A stretch of 64,000 bases of DNA, taken from positions 79,546,001 through 79,610,000 of the forward strand of contig OZ024744.1 of the NCBI GenBank assembly GCA_964016885.1. Reading direction: 5' to 3'. Below the pieces are notes generated by a model, which ran no database searches, was not told the DNA's origin, and saw nothing but the letters and a program-made list of their open reading frames with translations. This stretch comes from Eledone cirrhosa (lineage: Eukaryota). Positions within the stretch are counted from its first letter, which is position 1; every line of letters begins with the position of its first letter. The position numbers were made by a program, and so were the translations under genes. Positions 40,140 through 53,575 of the stretch are shown here, piece by piece.

Positions 40140-42178
40140 TTTAATTTTGTGGAGTTCAGGATTTATATGCCTGAATATATGAACAATGTTACAAACTGGA
40201 AAAATTTATCTTTTGATAAATTTATGGGGAGGAGTCGATCAAGGCCAAAAAGCAGGCTTGGAAAGTATGGTGGGATGGGGGAAGTAGAGAAGACTATCAA
40301 GTGGCCAGGAGGGAAGCTAGGAGACAAGTGTACTTCGCAAGAAGGGAAGCAGAGGAAAGAAAGTTCAAGCATGTTCTACAACGCGAGGACCAAAAACGTG
40401 AGGTGTTCAGGATTGCTAGACAATATGTCAAGGAGAACCGTGATATTGTCGGGGAGAAGTGTGTCCGTAATGATAATGGTGTACTGGCCATCACTGACGG
40501 TGATAAGAAGGTAGCTTGGAAGTGTCACTACGAAAGGCTACTAAATAAGGAGAATAAATGGGAGAAAGACAGCCTCCCCCACATCGATCCAATAGAGGCA
40601 CCAGCAGTGCAAGTTGAAGGTAGTATAATAAGTAAGGCGATCAAAGATATGAAGACAGGCAAGGCGGCTGGGCCTTCGGAAATAGTTGCTGAAATGCTGA
40701 AAGCATCTGGAACGGTGGGACACACTACGGTCACCCGGATAGTAAACCAAGTTATACAGAATGGGGTCGTACCAAAGGACTGGCGGAGCAGCATCATCAT
40801 TAACTGCTACAAGGGTAAAGGAGACACCCTAGATAGTATAGAGGCATTAAATTAATTGACCAGGTCATGAAGGTCACAGAAAAAGTAATAGCGCAACTAT
40901 TCAGAGCGAATTAATCTAGATGAAATGCAGTTCGGGTTTGTGTCAGGTAAAAGTACCACAGACGCTCTTTTCATTGTACGACAACTACAGGAGAAGTACC
41001 TAGCTAAAAGTAAACCCCTCTACTTAGCTTTTGTAGACCTGGAGAAAGCCTTTGACAGAGTCCCCCGCTCCATTATCTTGTGGGTTCTTAGAAAACTAGG
41101 TGTAGATGAATGGCTTGTGAGAGCTATACAAGCCATGTATAAAGAAACAGTCAGCAAGGTTAGAATTAACAACGAATATAGTGAAGAGTTTAGCGTAAAA
41201 GTTGGTGTTCTTCAGGGCTCTGTCCTTAGCCCCCTCCTATTTATTATCGCCCTCCAAGCTATAACGGGGGAGTTCAAGACTGGCTGCCCATGGGAACTTC
41301 TATATGCAGATGATCTAACGCTCATAGCCGAATCAATGGCTGAACTAGAGAAGAAATTCCAAACTTGGAAGCATGGCCTAGAATCAAAAGGCCTTAAAAT
41401 TAACTTGTCTAAGACTAAAGTTCTAATATGTAGGAAGGAGAATAGGGCACTGGTCCCATCTGGGAAATGGCCATGGTCAGTGTGTAGGAAAGGAGTAGGC
41501 AGAAACTCCATTTTATGTCCCAAATGCAAAGTATGGGTGTATAAAAGATGTAGTGGGATCACAGGTAAGCTAACTAAGAATATAGATTTTATATGTGGCT
41601 GGTGCTCAGGTGCAATAAGTAGCAGCAAGTGCCCGAAGAATACTAGCTTATTCCATTACCCAGATGGTTCTATAGAAATAGTGGAAAAAGTTCAGAGAGC
41701 TTATAACACTATTTGCCGTTAAAGGTTTCTCTTTAAAAATAAAAGGCAGTCTGTATGATGCCTGTATACGAACAGCGATGTTACATGGCAGTGAGACATG
41801 GGCCTTGTGTGCAGAGGATCTACGCAGACTGGAGAGGAACGAAGCTTGCATGCTCCGTTGGATGTGTAATAGTAATACACGCGAACGGCAAAGCATAAAT
41901 GAACTAAGTGAGAAATTAAGAATAAGAGGGATCAGATGCTGTTTACTCGAGAGAAAACTACGTTGGTATGGTCACGTGATGTGCATGAAAGATGACAGCT
42001 GTATAAAAAAGTTCAGGGCGATCAAAATAGACGGTAGCTACGGAGTAGGCAGACCGAGAAAAACCTGGGACGACTTGATAAAATCCGACCTCTCACACTT
42101 ACACCTCTCCAAGACAATGTCACTGGACCGAGATCTTTGGCGCTACATAGTAATACAGAAGACCCGCCTTACCTAAGT
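40140..42178 (+). mobile_element. RTE family A LINE, coding part (frameshifted)
   Basis: ORFs 40301-40855, 40925-41722 and 41778-42176 carry successive RT motifs; begins about 100 nt after the Clock bHLH donor. Confidence 0.92.
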
Positions 42179-45100
42179 CATCATCATCATCATCACCATT
42201 TTACGTCTGTTCTTCCACGCTAGCATGGGTTAGACGGGTTGTCCTGTTGTGGGCAGTGTCTGGTCGGCTGACCATGCCTTGCTCATACAGGAACTGACTT
42301 GGCTTGATTTCTACAACTGGATGCCCTTCCTAACACCAACCTCATTTACAGTGAGTGCTGGGTGCTTTTTCGTGGCGCCTACACGTCCACTTTACAGTGT
42401 GGGCTGGGTGCTTTTTTGCCGTGGCACCTCCACAACCACCTTGCAGTAGGGGGTGTGGGGGCATATTGTCTATATGCTTCAGCTTGTACCCATGGGAGGT
42501 CGGGTACTCTGTATTACTGCGTGACGCCAGAGGTCACGGTCGTGTGCCATCGCCTTTGAGAGGTGTAATTGGGTAAGGTCGGTTTTTATCCCCTTATCCC
42601 AGGTCATCTTGGGTCTCCCCACTCTGCGGTTTCCATCAACTTCTAGTGCTCTGCACCTTTTTATGCAGCTGTCATCCTTCATACGCATCACATGTCCATA
42701 CCAACGCATCCGCCTCTCCTGCACACAGCATTTGATGCTCAGTCTCTCTCTCAATTCATTTATGCTTTGTCGTTCGCGTATATTACTATTACACATCCAT
42801 CGGAGCATGCAGGCTTCGTTTCTCTCTAATCTACGTAAGTCTTCCACCTTCAGTGCCCAGGTCTCACTACCATGTAACATTGCTGTTCGGATACACACAT
42901 CATTCATTTGGAGGGAAAAGCCTTTTGCAGCTAGCAGTGGCAGTAGTTCCCTGAACTTCTTCCATCCCGTTCTTACTCTAGTTATTGTACTTTCTGAACA
43001 CCCACCTCCGCTGCTAATTTGGTCACCTAGGTAGCAGAAGCTGTCTACTGTCTCTACAGAGCCCTCCCAGAGATTGGTGGTACTTGTTTTCTGTGGCTGT
43101 TTGCTGCTTGCTGTCCCAGTACAGCTGCTGCATGTGAAGCCTGCATTCTTAATTAAGCTTCCTGAGATCCCGCTACATCTCTTGTGTACCCATTGTTTGC
43201 ATTTGGGGCAGAGAATGGAGTTCCTACCTACACCTTTCCTACATACTGAGCAAGGCCATTTCCCTGAGGGGATCTGGGTCCTGTTTTCTCGTCTACTTAC
43301 AAGGACCTTAGTCTTTGTCATGTTGACTTTGAGACCCTTCTTTCTAGTCCCTGCTTCCAAGTTTGGAATTTCTTCTCTAGTTCTACCATAGATTCAGCTA
43401 TAAGTGCGAGGTCATCAGCATACAGGAGTTCCCATGGGCATCCGGTCTTAAACTCCTCCGTTATTGCCTGCAGGACTATGATGAACAGGAGAGGGCTAAG
43501 AACAGAGCCCTGGTGGACTCCAACCTGTACGCGAAATTCCTCGCTATACTCATTGCTAATCCTAACTTTGCTGACTGCTTCCCTATACATGGCTTGTACA
43601 GTTTTCACAAGCCATTCATCTACTCCTAGTTTTCTAAGATTACAGCACGTGGAACTCTGTCAAAGGCTTTCTCGAGATCGACGAATGCCAGGTAGAGTGG
43701 CTTACTTTTAGCTAGGTACTTTTCCTGTAACTGCCTCACAAGGAAGAGGGCATCAGTGGTACCTCTTCCTGGTACAAACCCAAATTGCACCTCATCTAGT
43801 TTCACCCGGTCCCTAATCAACTGTGCTATAACTCTTTCTGTTACTTTCATGACCTGGTCCATCAGCTTTATACCTCTATAGTTTCCTCTATCGAGTGCAT
43901 CACCTTTACCTTTGTAGCAGTTGACAATGTTGCTACTGCACCAATCTTTTGGTATGACACCTTCTAGTATTACCTGGTTAATAATACGTGTGGTTATAGT
44001 GTGACTTACAGACCCAGATGCCTTCAACATCTCGGCAGCTATACTCGATGGACCGGTTGCCTTCCCCATCTTCATATCTTTGATTGCCTTACTTACTACG
44101 CTGCTGCTGACTTGTACTGCTGGCCCCTCTATAGGGTCTACTTGGGGTAGAGTCTCTTCTTCCCATGCATTCTCCTCATTTAGTAATCTATCATAATGAC
44201 TCTTCCATACATCTTTCTTCTCAGCACTTGTGAGGGCAAGCTCACCTTTATCATTCCGGATACACTTCTCTCCAATGACATCACAATTCTCTCTGACACA
44301 CTGCCTCGCAATCTTGAACACCTACTGTTTCTGGTCCTCACGTTGCAAAACATGCTTGAATTTTCTATCCTCTGCTGCCCTCCTAGCTAAGTATACTTGT
44401 CGCCTAGCTTCCCTCTTGGTCTCTATGTAATGTACCCTACTCCCCCTGTTCTTCCATTCTTTCCATGCCTGTCTCTTGGCCTTAACTGCCTCATCTACCT
44501 TATTGTTCCACCACCAAGTGACTCTCCTCCTGCTTGTGGTCTTACTCCAGCCACAGACCTCATCTGTCGCCTCTAGTAAGTTATTTTTTAGGAACTCCCA
44601 GTGCTCTTCTACATTGAATGTCTCTATCTGTTCTTTTTTACTGTCGTAGGCGTTGAGTAAAATATCTTTAAATCTATTACTGGCTGAGGGGTCTTTCAGC
44701 TTCCAGATCTTTCTTCTCCAGGTTGGCCTCTGTTTCCAGGTTTGTCTAGTTCTGACTGTGAGGTCGCTGACAACTAGGCTATGTTGGGAGGTACATTCCT
44801 CACTAGGGAAGGCTTTTGTGTTTACGACCGTCCTTCTGTGACGTCCTCTGATGAGGATAAAATCTATCTGACTAGAATGCTCCCCTGATCTTTAGGTGAT
44901 CAGGTGGTTGTCGGGTTTTTTGAAGTTTGTGTTACATATCAACATGTCATTGGCGTCGCAGAATTCTAGAAGTCTGAATCCTTCTTCATTTCTTGTGCCA
45001 ACCCCATGGCCTCCATAGACTCTATTGAAGCCGTCACAGTGTTTACCTACGTGTCCGTTAAAATCTCCTGCGATGATTAGGAAGTCATTGTCGTTTGTTA

Positions 45101-45746
45101 GAGCAGTAGTGTGCATTAGGGACTCGTAAAATCTATGCTTAAGTTCGTCTGGCAACCCCGATTGGGGTGCGTAAGCTGATATTATTGTGGTAATTGTTTT
45201 ATTCAGGACTAGTCTGAGTTTAATGATTCTTGCATTTACCCTGTCCACTGAGATTACTTTATCTACCCACTTGTCAGCTAGTAGTATACCTACACCACCC
45301 ATCCCATCGTCATTTCCCACCCAGAAAAATTTGTAGCACCGACTTTTTCCTACAAGGACTCTAGCAGACTCTCCTCTCCATCTAGTCTCTTGCACACAGC
45401 ATACATCAATTTCCTTTCGCTCTAGCATCTCTACGATTTCTCCTGCTCTTCCTTTGATTGTGCTTACATTGATGGTACCAACTTTTGGGCATTTGTCGAC
45501 ACTCGTAGGGAAGGGTCGATTTTTGCAGGGGTGTGTGTGTGTGCTTCCTCTCTCTGGATTGGCGCTTCACATGGGTGCTTGGTAGCTCGCGGATTCATAT
45601 TCATTTCATCTATTAATTCAGAGTTGCTCCAATTTATTCTCAGCTCATCCATCCATACCGGTAGGAAAAATTCAGGGCTAGAAGAACAGTGGTGGTGGTA
45701 ATAATGGCAGGGTATGTTGGGCTGGGATGGGGGAGGAGAGAGTTAG

Positions 45747-45791
<45 letters not shown>

Positions 45792-46423
45792 AAAGAAATG
45801 GCATGCTGAGGTTTGATTGGTCAAATAGGCTTGAGGGGGTGGGAGGGAAATTGTGAGGTAGAGAGAGGATAGAATACAGCATGGCAAAGTAGCCAATAGA
45901 ATACAACAACTATAATATTAATAATAGCCAGTCATGGCCTGTAGCCTTAGATGGAGAAATAGTCAGAGACAGAGTCAGCATGGTAGGGAAAAAATGAGGA
46001 TAACAAAATAGATGTGTTGTGGTGGCTGAAATACCTGGCCAGATTTGTATGGATGGATGACTGGAACGTAGCTAAATCAACTCTAGTGATTCATTTTAGC
46101 CTTTCAGAGTAGAGTGTCTTATCTCTTCAATAACTTTAAGATGAGTGAGGAGGAACAGGTGAAGAGGGAACGGGAGGTAATAGGTGGCTTAGAGATGGAG
46201 AGAGAGAGAGAGATAGAGAGAGGGTAGCCATCATAGAGAGAGGGTCGCCGTCAAGGCTAACAAACTAACTGATAGAATACAGCATGGCAAAGTAGCCGAT
46301 AGAATACAGCAACAATAATATTAATAATAGCCAGTCATGGCCTGTAGCCTTAGATGGAAAAATAGTCAGAGACAGAGTCAGCATGGTAGGGAAAAAATGA
46401 GGATAACAAAATAATGGAAAAAT
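42179..46423 (-). mobile_element. Near-full-length RTE family B LINE (APE endonuclease + RT), nested in the family A copy
   Basis: ORF 44892-45428 is APE (VQETRW, SAYAP, GDFNGHVG); ORFs 43626-44321, 43318-43608 and 42479-43360 are RT; (CAT)n tail at 42179; 5' region has a ~143-bp duplication (45868-46010 / 46271-46413). 5' boundary inferred from where the host element resumes. Confidence 0.9.
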
Positions 46424-46813
46424 GTACAAAGTGAAACCTACTACAGTCAGTAGGCACCTCTAACAAAATACACCCCCCCCGTCCCACTACCCCCACCCTA
46501 TCCACACCACCCCTTTCAATGTAAAGTTATGTTGGTACCATAACATCCAGCCCGAAACTAAAGAGGTCGTGGAGGTGTCACGACAAAAAAACACACAGTC
46601 CACGCTGTAATGTGGCCGTGTATGCAACACGGAAAAAACCTCCCAGCCCCACACTGTAAATGTGGTTGGTGTTAGGAAGGGCATCCACCCATAGAAAACC
46701 CGCCAGACAGTCCTATGCGAGCAAGACAACCACTCTTGCCTCAAGTGGGAAAACTCCCGTCCAAACCCATGCAAGCGTGGAAGATGGATGTTAAACTATG
46801 ATGATGATGATGA
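46424..46813 (+). mobile_element. Displaced 3' UTR of the family A RTE
   Basis: gtacaaagtgaaacctactacagtcagtaggc matches the sequence directly after the stop codon in the 14688-16190 copy; ends in (GAT)n. Confidence 0.85.
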
Positions 46814-46952
46814 TATATGCTGATGCTCTGTTCCATCTGCCAAATTTCACTCACTCATCCGAAGACTATAATAAAAAAAAAACAAAAAAAAAAAACATAC
46901 TTGCCCAAAATGCCATGCAGTGGGATCCAACCCAGGAACATTATCACTATGA

Positions 46953-47146
46953 GGGGCGGTGGATTGGCAGTATTGGTAGAGGGTCGGACGCCATGCTTTG
47001 ACGTATAGAGTTACGGCCCTTGCCATTCTGAGTTCAAATTCCGCCAAGGTTAACTTTGCCTTTCATCCTTATGGGGTCGATAAAATAAAGTACCAGTAAT
47101 GCACTGGGTAATTGCTGGCCTTGTGCCTAAAGTAGAAACAATTATC
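46953..47146 (+). mobile_element. tRNA-derived SINE with Nin/Deu-like core (about 11 copies in window)
   Basis: A/B boxes then aactttgcctttcatccttatggggtcgataaaataaagtaccag. Copies about 3824-3985(-), 4044-4140(+), 10693-10872(+), 13333-13470(-), 13722-13846(+), 24222-24432(+), 27352-27545(-), 36590-36775(-), 38300-38472(+), 47630-47768(-). Family name is from resemblance only. Confidence 0.8.
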
Positions 47147-48519
47147 ACTATGATACAAACTTTTAATTATTCCGCCATGCTTGCATCCACAAACAATAAT
47201 TAACCCTTTCAAAACATGTTTTTAATGAAGTACATTGTCTATATGTCTCAATTAATTTTGATATTAACCAAAAATTTTGCAGGAATTTAATTAAATATCT
47301 AAGTTTTTCATTAGTAATATCTAAGTTTAGATTATTACTTTAAAAAATTTCTAAAATAATGTTATGATGGAAGGTTTTAACCCTTTAGCATTTGAACTGT
47401 CCATATCTGACCAGAATTCTTTCACCTCTCTCTGTTCAAACTGGTCGTAAGAGACTGCTAATGCTAATGCTACGGTATTGTTCTCAAAATAAATAACATC
47501 AAAATCTTGTAGATTTAATATAAATATTAATGTGAGATAAAGCCTTCACCACATAAATACAATAATGTATCATCATCATCACTGTTTTGCATCCATTCTT
47601 CCACGCTAGCATGGGTTAGAGTAATGATAATAATAATTGTTTCTACTTTTGGCACAAGGCCAGCAATTACCCAGTACATGACTGGTACTTTATTTTATCG
47701 ACCCCCGTAAGGATGAAAGGCAAAGTTAACCTTGGCGGGATTTGAACTCAGAATGGAAAGGGCCGTAATGAAAATATTAATAATGAAATTGTTGTCTGCT
47801 GTGCTCAGGTGCACTACAACATAAATATAAATGATAAAGGGTTAATATAAGGTTAGACATTTTAAATTGAGCAGTTTTGTATCATAGAACCAGGGGCTGG
47901 TTTAAGGGAGTTTGTTATCAAAAGGGTTGAATTTACATATAAACACTTTAAAATAAACAGCTTTGTATCATAAATTGAAAGAGGTTTCAGGCAGTTTGGT
48001 ATCAAAAAGGTTAATCTTATACTTGAACACAACAATAACTGACATAATATGGTTTCTCAAACTTCGATATATACATGTCTTCACACATTTGCAAACAATC
48101 TCTCACATATTCACTCATACATACACAGACACACACAAACTTACTAGTCTATAAAATGTTCAAACATCCACACATTTTCACATGCACACACACATGCATA
48201 CACATATTTACACACAACCTTTCTCTCTCTGGGACATATGTACTCTTTCTCATAAACACACATATAATTAAATCATGCACACACAACAAAATACATACAT
48301 ACACACTCACACACACGCACATGTACATAACTTTATAATACATAATATATATGTATAAAGTTATGTACATGCACTCACACATGTTCACACACCAAAAGAA
48401 ACAACCATTCTAACTTATCCACCCACCATTTCTCTCATATACACACACATGTTCATACACCAAAATACACACACTCATACATGGTTACACACAACCATTT
48501 CTCTCATATACGCACACAT

Positions 48520-48550
<31 letters not shown>

Positions 48551-48774
48551 ACTTTATGATATATAACATGCATGTACACAAACATATAACTATATAATAT
48601 ATAACACACAAACACACACACACACACATGTATGTACACACCAAAATATGCTCACTCAAACATGGTTACACACACACTCACACACTTAACCACCCACCAT
48701 TTCTCTCATCCACACACAAACACAGACATTTATACATAACCTTTCTCGCATGTTTAACCACCCACCATCTTTCT

Positions 48775-48825
<51 letters not shown>

Positions 48826-48915
48826 TCCAACTTGTGTGTGTTTCTGATATTAGCTCTTCATTTTGTTCACACTGAACTCTGATTACTTCCTGTCCATGAT
48901 TAATCACTGGCTTAA

Positions 48916-49876
48916 TCTATATATATATAAAACTGTGGTTGTCTGTCTGTCTATCGATTTTTGGCACACATCTCCTCTTAGAATCCCTCACGGAATTGCA
49001 CCGAAATTGCTATACTTGTACATTGAGCCCTAGCGAAGACATCGGAAAAAAAAAATTTCAAATTGACCCACCCTATGTGACGAAATCGAATATAATGTAT
49101 CGATTTTTGAGCGTAAGTTATCAGTTATTTCCCTTTGTTCTGTTTACATGGAGCGTCTTACGTAAAAAATTACGCTGGCTTTCTCAGCGTTTAAAATGAC
49201 ATTAAATTCATCAGTTCGAACACTAAGCTTCCGTTTTGCTTCATTTCCATTTAAAAGCATTTTAAAACAATATTTTTACTTGAAAACAAGTCTATTTAAA
49301 GACTACGTAAAACAAGCAAATATTTCGTCGTTAGGCGTGCAGACAGACAGTCGTGCAGAGAGGTGATATACGCGTGCAGACAGACAGTCGTGCAGAGAGG
49401 TGATATAGGCGTGCAGACAGACAGTCGTGCAGAGAGGTGATATAGGCGTGCAGACAGACAGTCGTGCAGAGAGGTGATATAGGCGTGCAGACAGACAGTC
49501 GTGCAGAGAGGTGATATAGGCGTGCAGACAGACAGTCGTGCAGAGAGGTGATATAGGCGTGCAGACAGACATAACTGATAATTTGGTTACGCTAATGTTT
49601 TTCTCTGCGTTGCAGTGTTTACATTTTCGATCTTTGTTAATAAATAACCAGTGCAGTTTCTATCCCCAGCATCCTCTTTTGTTATAACATTCGGGTTATC
49701 GTTATGTTTTCTTAACTTCATAAGGCATATTGTTGGTTGAGGGAATATTAATCAAAAACACCACATGCAAGTCTGCACAGTAGACACTACAGTTTTTAAG
49801 CCAAGAAAGAAACTTAACATTGTAACTTTAACACAGCTACTGAGTGACCCCGAGCAACGCCGGGCTTTACTGCTAG
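48916..49876 (+). mobile_element. Non-autonomous Helitron with internal 37-bp tandem array
   Basis: A|TC 5' end (tctatatatatataaaactgtggttgtctgtctgtct); 3' hairpin cccg-agcaacgc-cggg then CTAG|T; about 6.5 copies of a 37-mer at 49332-49571. Confidence 0.85.
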
Positions 49877-51144
49877 TTCTTAATAAAACCACTTCACCTT
49901 TTCCCCACCTTTAAGACATTTATTCTTCTTTTCCTTTCCTTCCTGCTACATTGACAAAGGACATCTGTCCAAAGCATCAATTTTCCTTTCGTTTCCTTTA
50001 GACCACAGACACAATACTTCATACCACACAAATATGTTTGTTGTTGTTGTTTATTTTTTTATGTTATTTTACTCTGTTTTTTGCTTTTATGTCTCACTGA
50101 ATGTATATAAATATTTTAAAACATTGACGCAGATGAAACCTAGTTTACTGGATTGGATTTAGTTTATTATATGTATATGATAAGTATCCAGTTCACCATG
50201 TAAAGTTTAGGTACTGATGTCACGATAAAAAGCACCCAGTTTGCACTGTTTGATGGTGGTTCTGTGGAGTGGGTTAGCATTAGGAAGGACATCTAGCCAT
50301 AGAAACCAAGCCATAACTGTAACATAATGAGCAAAATATGGCTAGCTTTAGAATGTGACAGCCAGTCTTTGCAATTTATTATATTCAGATATAAAAAAAT
50401 GACCCCTTTTGGTCATGAATGACCATGGGTTTTGCACCTAGAAAGTTCCCCTGTGAGGTACAAGCCTGGCAGGGTAATTTTATGCAAGACCAGCAGTCAC
50501 CCATGCATACCAGTCCCCCCTCTCCACTCCACCAATGTTGTCCGAGGGAAAGGCTTAAGACCGACACAGCTTCGTACGAGTGATGTCACAATTCATTTCT
50601 ACACCTCAGTGAACTGGAGCAATGTGAAATAAAGTGTCTTGCTTAAGAACACTACGTGTCACTTTGACTTCATGATAGTGAATCCAATGCTCCCACCACT
50701 AAACCACACCACTTCATATTCACATATATACATATTAGTTTATATGTAATAACATTGCTCTTCAATTCACTCAGTTATTATGACAGCCATTTTATACATT
50801 TATCTTTTGTTTGATGACTACTGCATCTCCCTTACCATCCTCCAGGGAAGCACCTTCTCCATTCTGTCTGCCGAGGCCGTAAGGTGGCCGGCACGTGGGA
50901 CCCCATTTGCTCATAATACAGAGAGATGGGACGGGTGAAAGAGATGGAGGCGATGACATGGGAGTTCGGCTCTTCCGCATTCGGACGTGGTATGCAGCGT
51001 TAGTTGTCCGCTTTGATCTGTTCTCTCACTCTCTGTAGTGACAAATAATCTAGCACACTGTAAAATTGCAATGGAGAACAGCTCCTTAAAATACTAGCGT
51101 ATGAGACATATGTATTATTTCTTTGTTGTACTACTCAAATTAGT

Positions 51145-52060
51145 TCCTGGTAGAAACAGTAGACAGCTTCTGCTACCTAGGTGACAGAATTAGCAGCGGA
51201 GATGGGTGTTCGGAAAGTACAATAACTAGGGTAAGAACAGGATGGAAGAAGTTCAGGGAGCTACTGTCATTGCTAGCTGCAAAAGGCTTTTCCCTCAAAA
51301 TGAAAGGCAGACTGTATGATGCGTGCATACGAACAGCAATGTTACATAGTAGTGAGACCTGGGCGTTGTGTGTAGAAGATTTGCGTACATTAGAAAGAAA
51401 CAAAGCCTGCATTCTCCGATGGATGTGTAACAGTAATATACGCGAACAGCAAAGCATAAACGAATTGAGAGAGAGACTGAGCATAAGAGGAATCAAATGG
51501 TGTGTACAGGAGAGGCGGTTGTGTTGGTATGGACATGTGATGCGTATGAAGGATGACAGCTGCATAAAAAGGTGCAGAGCACTAGAAGTCGATGGGAGCC
51601 GCGGAGTGGGGAGACCCAAGATGACCTGGGATGAGGTGATAAAAGCTGATCTTACCCAATTGCACCTCTCAAAGGCGATGACACACGACCGTGACCTCTG
51701 GCGTCACACAGTAATACAGAGTACCCCCCCCCCCCCACCACCACCACGGGTACTAGCTGAAGCATATACAGTAGACAATATGCCCCCAACCCCTCCCACT
51801 GCAAAGTGGTTGTGGAGGTGTCATGGCAAAAAAGCACTAGCCCACATTGTAAATGGACGTGTAGGCACCAAGGAAAAAAAGCACCCAGCGCTCACTGTAA
51901 ATGAGGTTGGTGTTAGGAAGGACATCCAGCTGTAGAAATCAAGCCAGAATCAGTTCCTGTATGAGCAAGGCATGGTCAGCCGACCGGACACTGCCCACAA
52001 CAGGACAACCCATCTAACCCATGCTAGCGTGGAAGAACGGATGTAAAACAATGATGATGA
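51145..52060 (+). mobile_element. RTE family B 3' fragment
   Basis: ORF 51270-51935 (LHSSETWAL, WYGHVMRM, GRPKMTW) plus 3' UTR and GAT tail. Confidence 0.9.
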
Positions 52061-52232
52061 CTTATAATTTCCAAATGATGGTGAAATTATAGCTGGAATA
52101 CCTTTGATCTGCTCAATCATGGCAGACCTGGGGCTAAATAACATCAACAACAACAGCAACAAAATGATGGGTTGAATACAAACAAAGGGGGGGGGGTATT
52201 CGTTTCTTCTTTAGGACAGCTATTGAAACAGT

Positions 52233-52495
52233 TTAACCCTTTTGATACCAAATTTTAAATAAAGTCACTTCCTATAATTTTCAAATCATTTTGAAAATAA
52301 TCAAAAATTTGGATGGATTTAGTAATATAACTAACATTCTCATTATTTAGCTGATGTTTGGAACACAACTTAAAGGTTCTTACATAAAATTATGATGGAG
52401 GTTTTTTTTTATACCAATATAAACACTTTAAAATAAACAGCTTTGTGTTGTATAACCAAGGACAGTTTCCAGCAGTTTGGTATAAAAATGGTTAA
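52233..52495. mobile_element. piggyBac-like MITE family 2
   Basis: ttaaCCCTTTTGATACC...GGTATAAAAATGGttaa. Related copies about 24139-24500, 24500-25006, 47200-47930. Confidence 0.75.
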
Positions 52496-52609
52496 TAGAT
52501 ATACTTTTTACATTTATAAAGAAATATTTTGTGATGCCAGTTACCATTTGTTACCATTTTTTTCTCTACTTTATAATTGTATTTCATTTTTTTTTTTTTT
52601 CTCAACCAG

Positions 52610-52701
52610 AGCTTGCTATGCAGTCCCAAGCTCATGAAATTAAAGAAGATTGGAAACCGTCCTTCTTATCAAATGATGAATTCACTCAACTGATGTTAGA
52701 G
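52610..52701 (+). CDS. Clock: Clock exon, bHLH-PAS linker
   Basis: Poly-T tract + cag acceptor and gtaaat donor. Phase 1 matches the previous exon. Encodes [31 protein letters not shown] (CLOCK signature DWKPxFLSNxEFTxLMLE). Confidence 0.96.
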
Positions 52702-53575
52702 GTAAATAGTATATTTTCATTTATTTTCATTTTCTATTTTATTATTATCAAAACCATTCTCATTTCCATTCTTTCCAGCCTTCTCTGTTGTTCCCATAAA
52801 TCATGGCACTTTTCACACATTTCAATGACATTCCCCTCCTCATTAGCACACCATTCGTCCATGTACCTCTCATTCTAGATGTCACAGAGACTGATCTACC
52901 CTCTCCATTCTCAAGATCCAGCTCAAGATTCAGTTCAACATCCTCTCCATCTGTAGCTCCCTCCATACACACTTAATACTTGAATGTAGCTGCCACATTA
53001 TTTAATGATCCCTTCACACCACTACATTTTCTATGTACCCAATCAGTGCATATCGTACATTTAACAGAGTTTACCCAACACCCTTCAGGAACTCTGCACA
53101 TTGTCAGAAAAGATTTCACAGGTGACATTTGTCATATATATATTGTAGGAATCAAGGAAATAGCATACACTTACAGACATACATTATATAATATAAATAT
53201 AGCAATAAAAGATTGACAAGTTGCAAAAAACCAGTACAATGAAATATATAAAGGACAATACCCCTGAAATATTATGTTGAAATATACTGGATAAAGCATT
53301 ACTTTGTTTTCTTTGTCAACCTTTGCCCTTTATATATTTCACATTGTACTAGTTTTTTTTTACACTAATCAGTCTTTTATTATATATCTCACAATTCTTC
53401 ATATTAACTATAAATATAGTGATAATAAAATGTTACCATTTGCTTGAAGCATTGTATATAATATATAACGTTGAAAGAGATAAAGGCTAAACAATGCAAA
53501 ATGGACTGTAAGATGAGGTAACAAAAATTAAGTTACCTGGTAATCTTTATTTTGTTTTGTTGTTCTTTCATCTGT

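Noticed and set aside
49332-49571. 37-bp repeats resembling a CRISPR array (likewise the 48-bp array at 57790-58335)
   Set aside because: Head-to-tail repeats without unique spacers, inside eukaryotic transposons; no cas genes.
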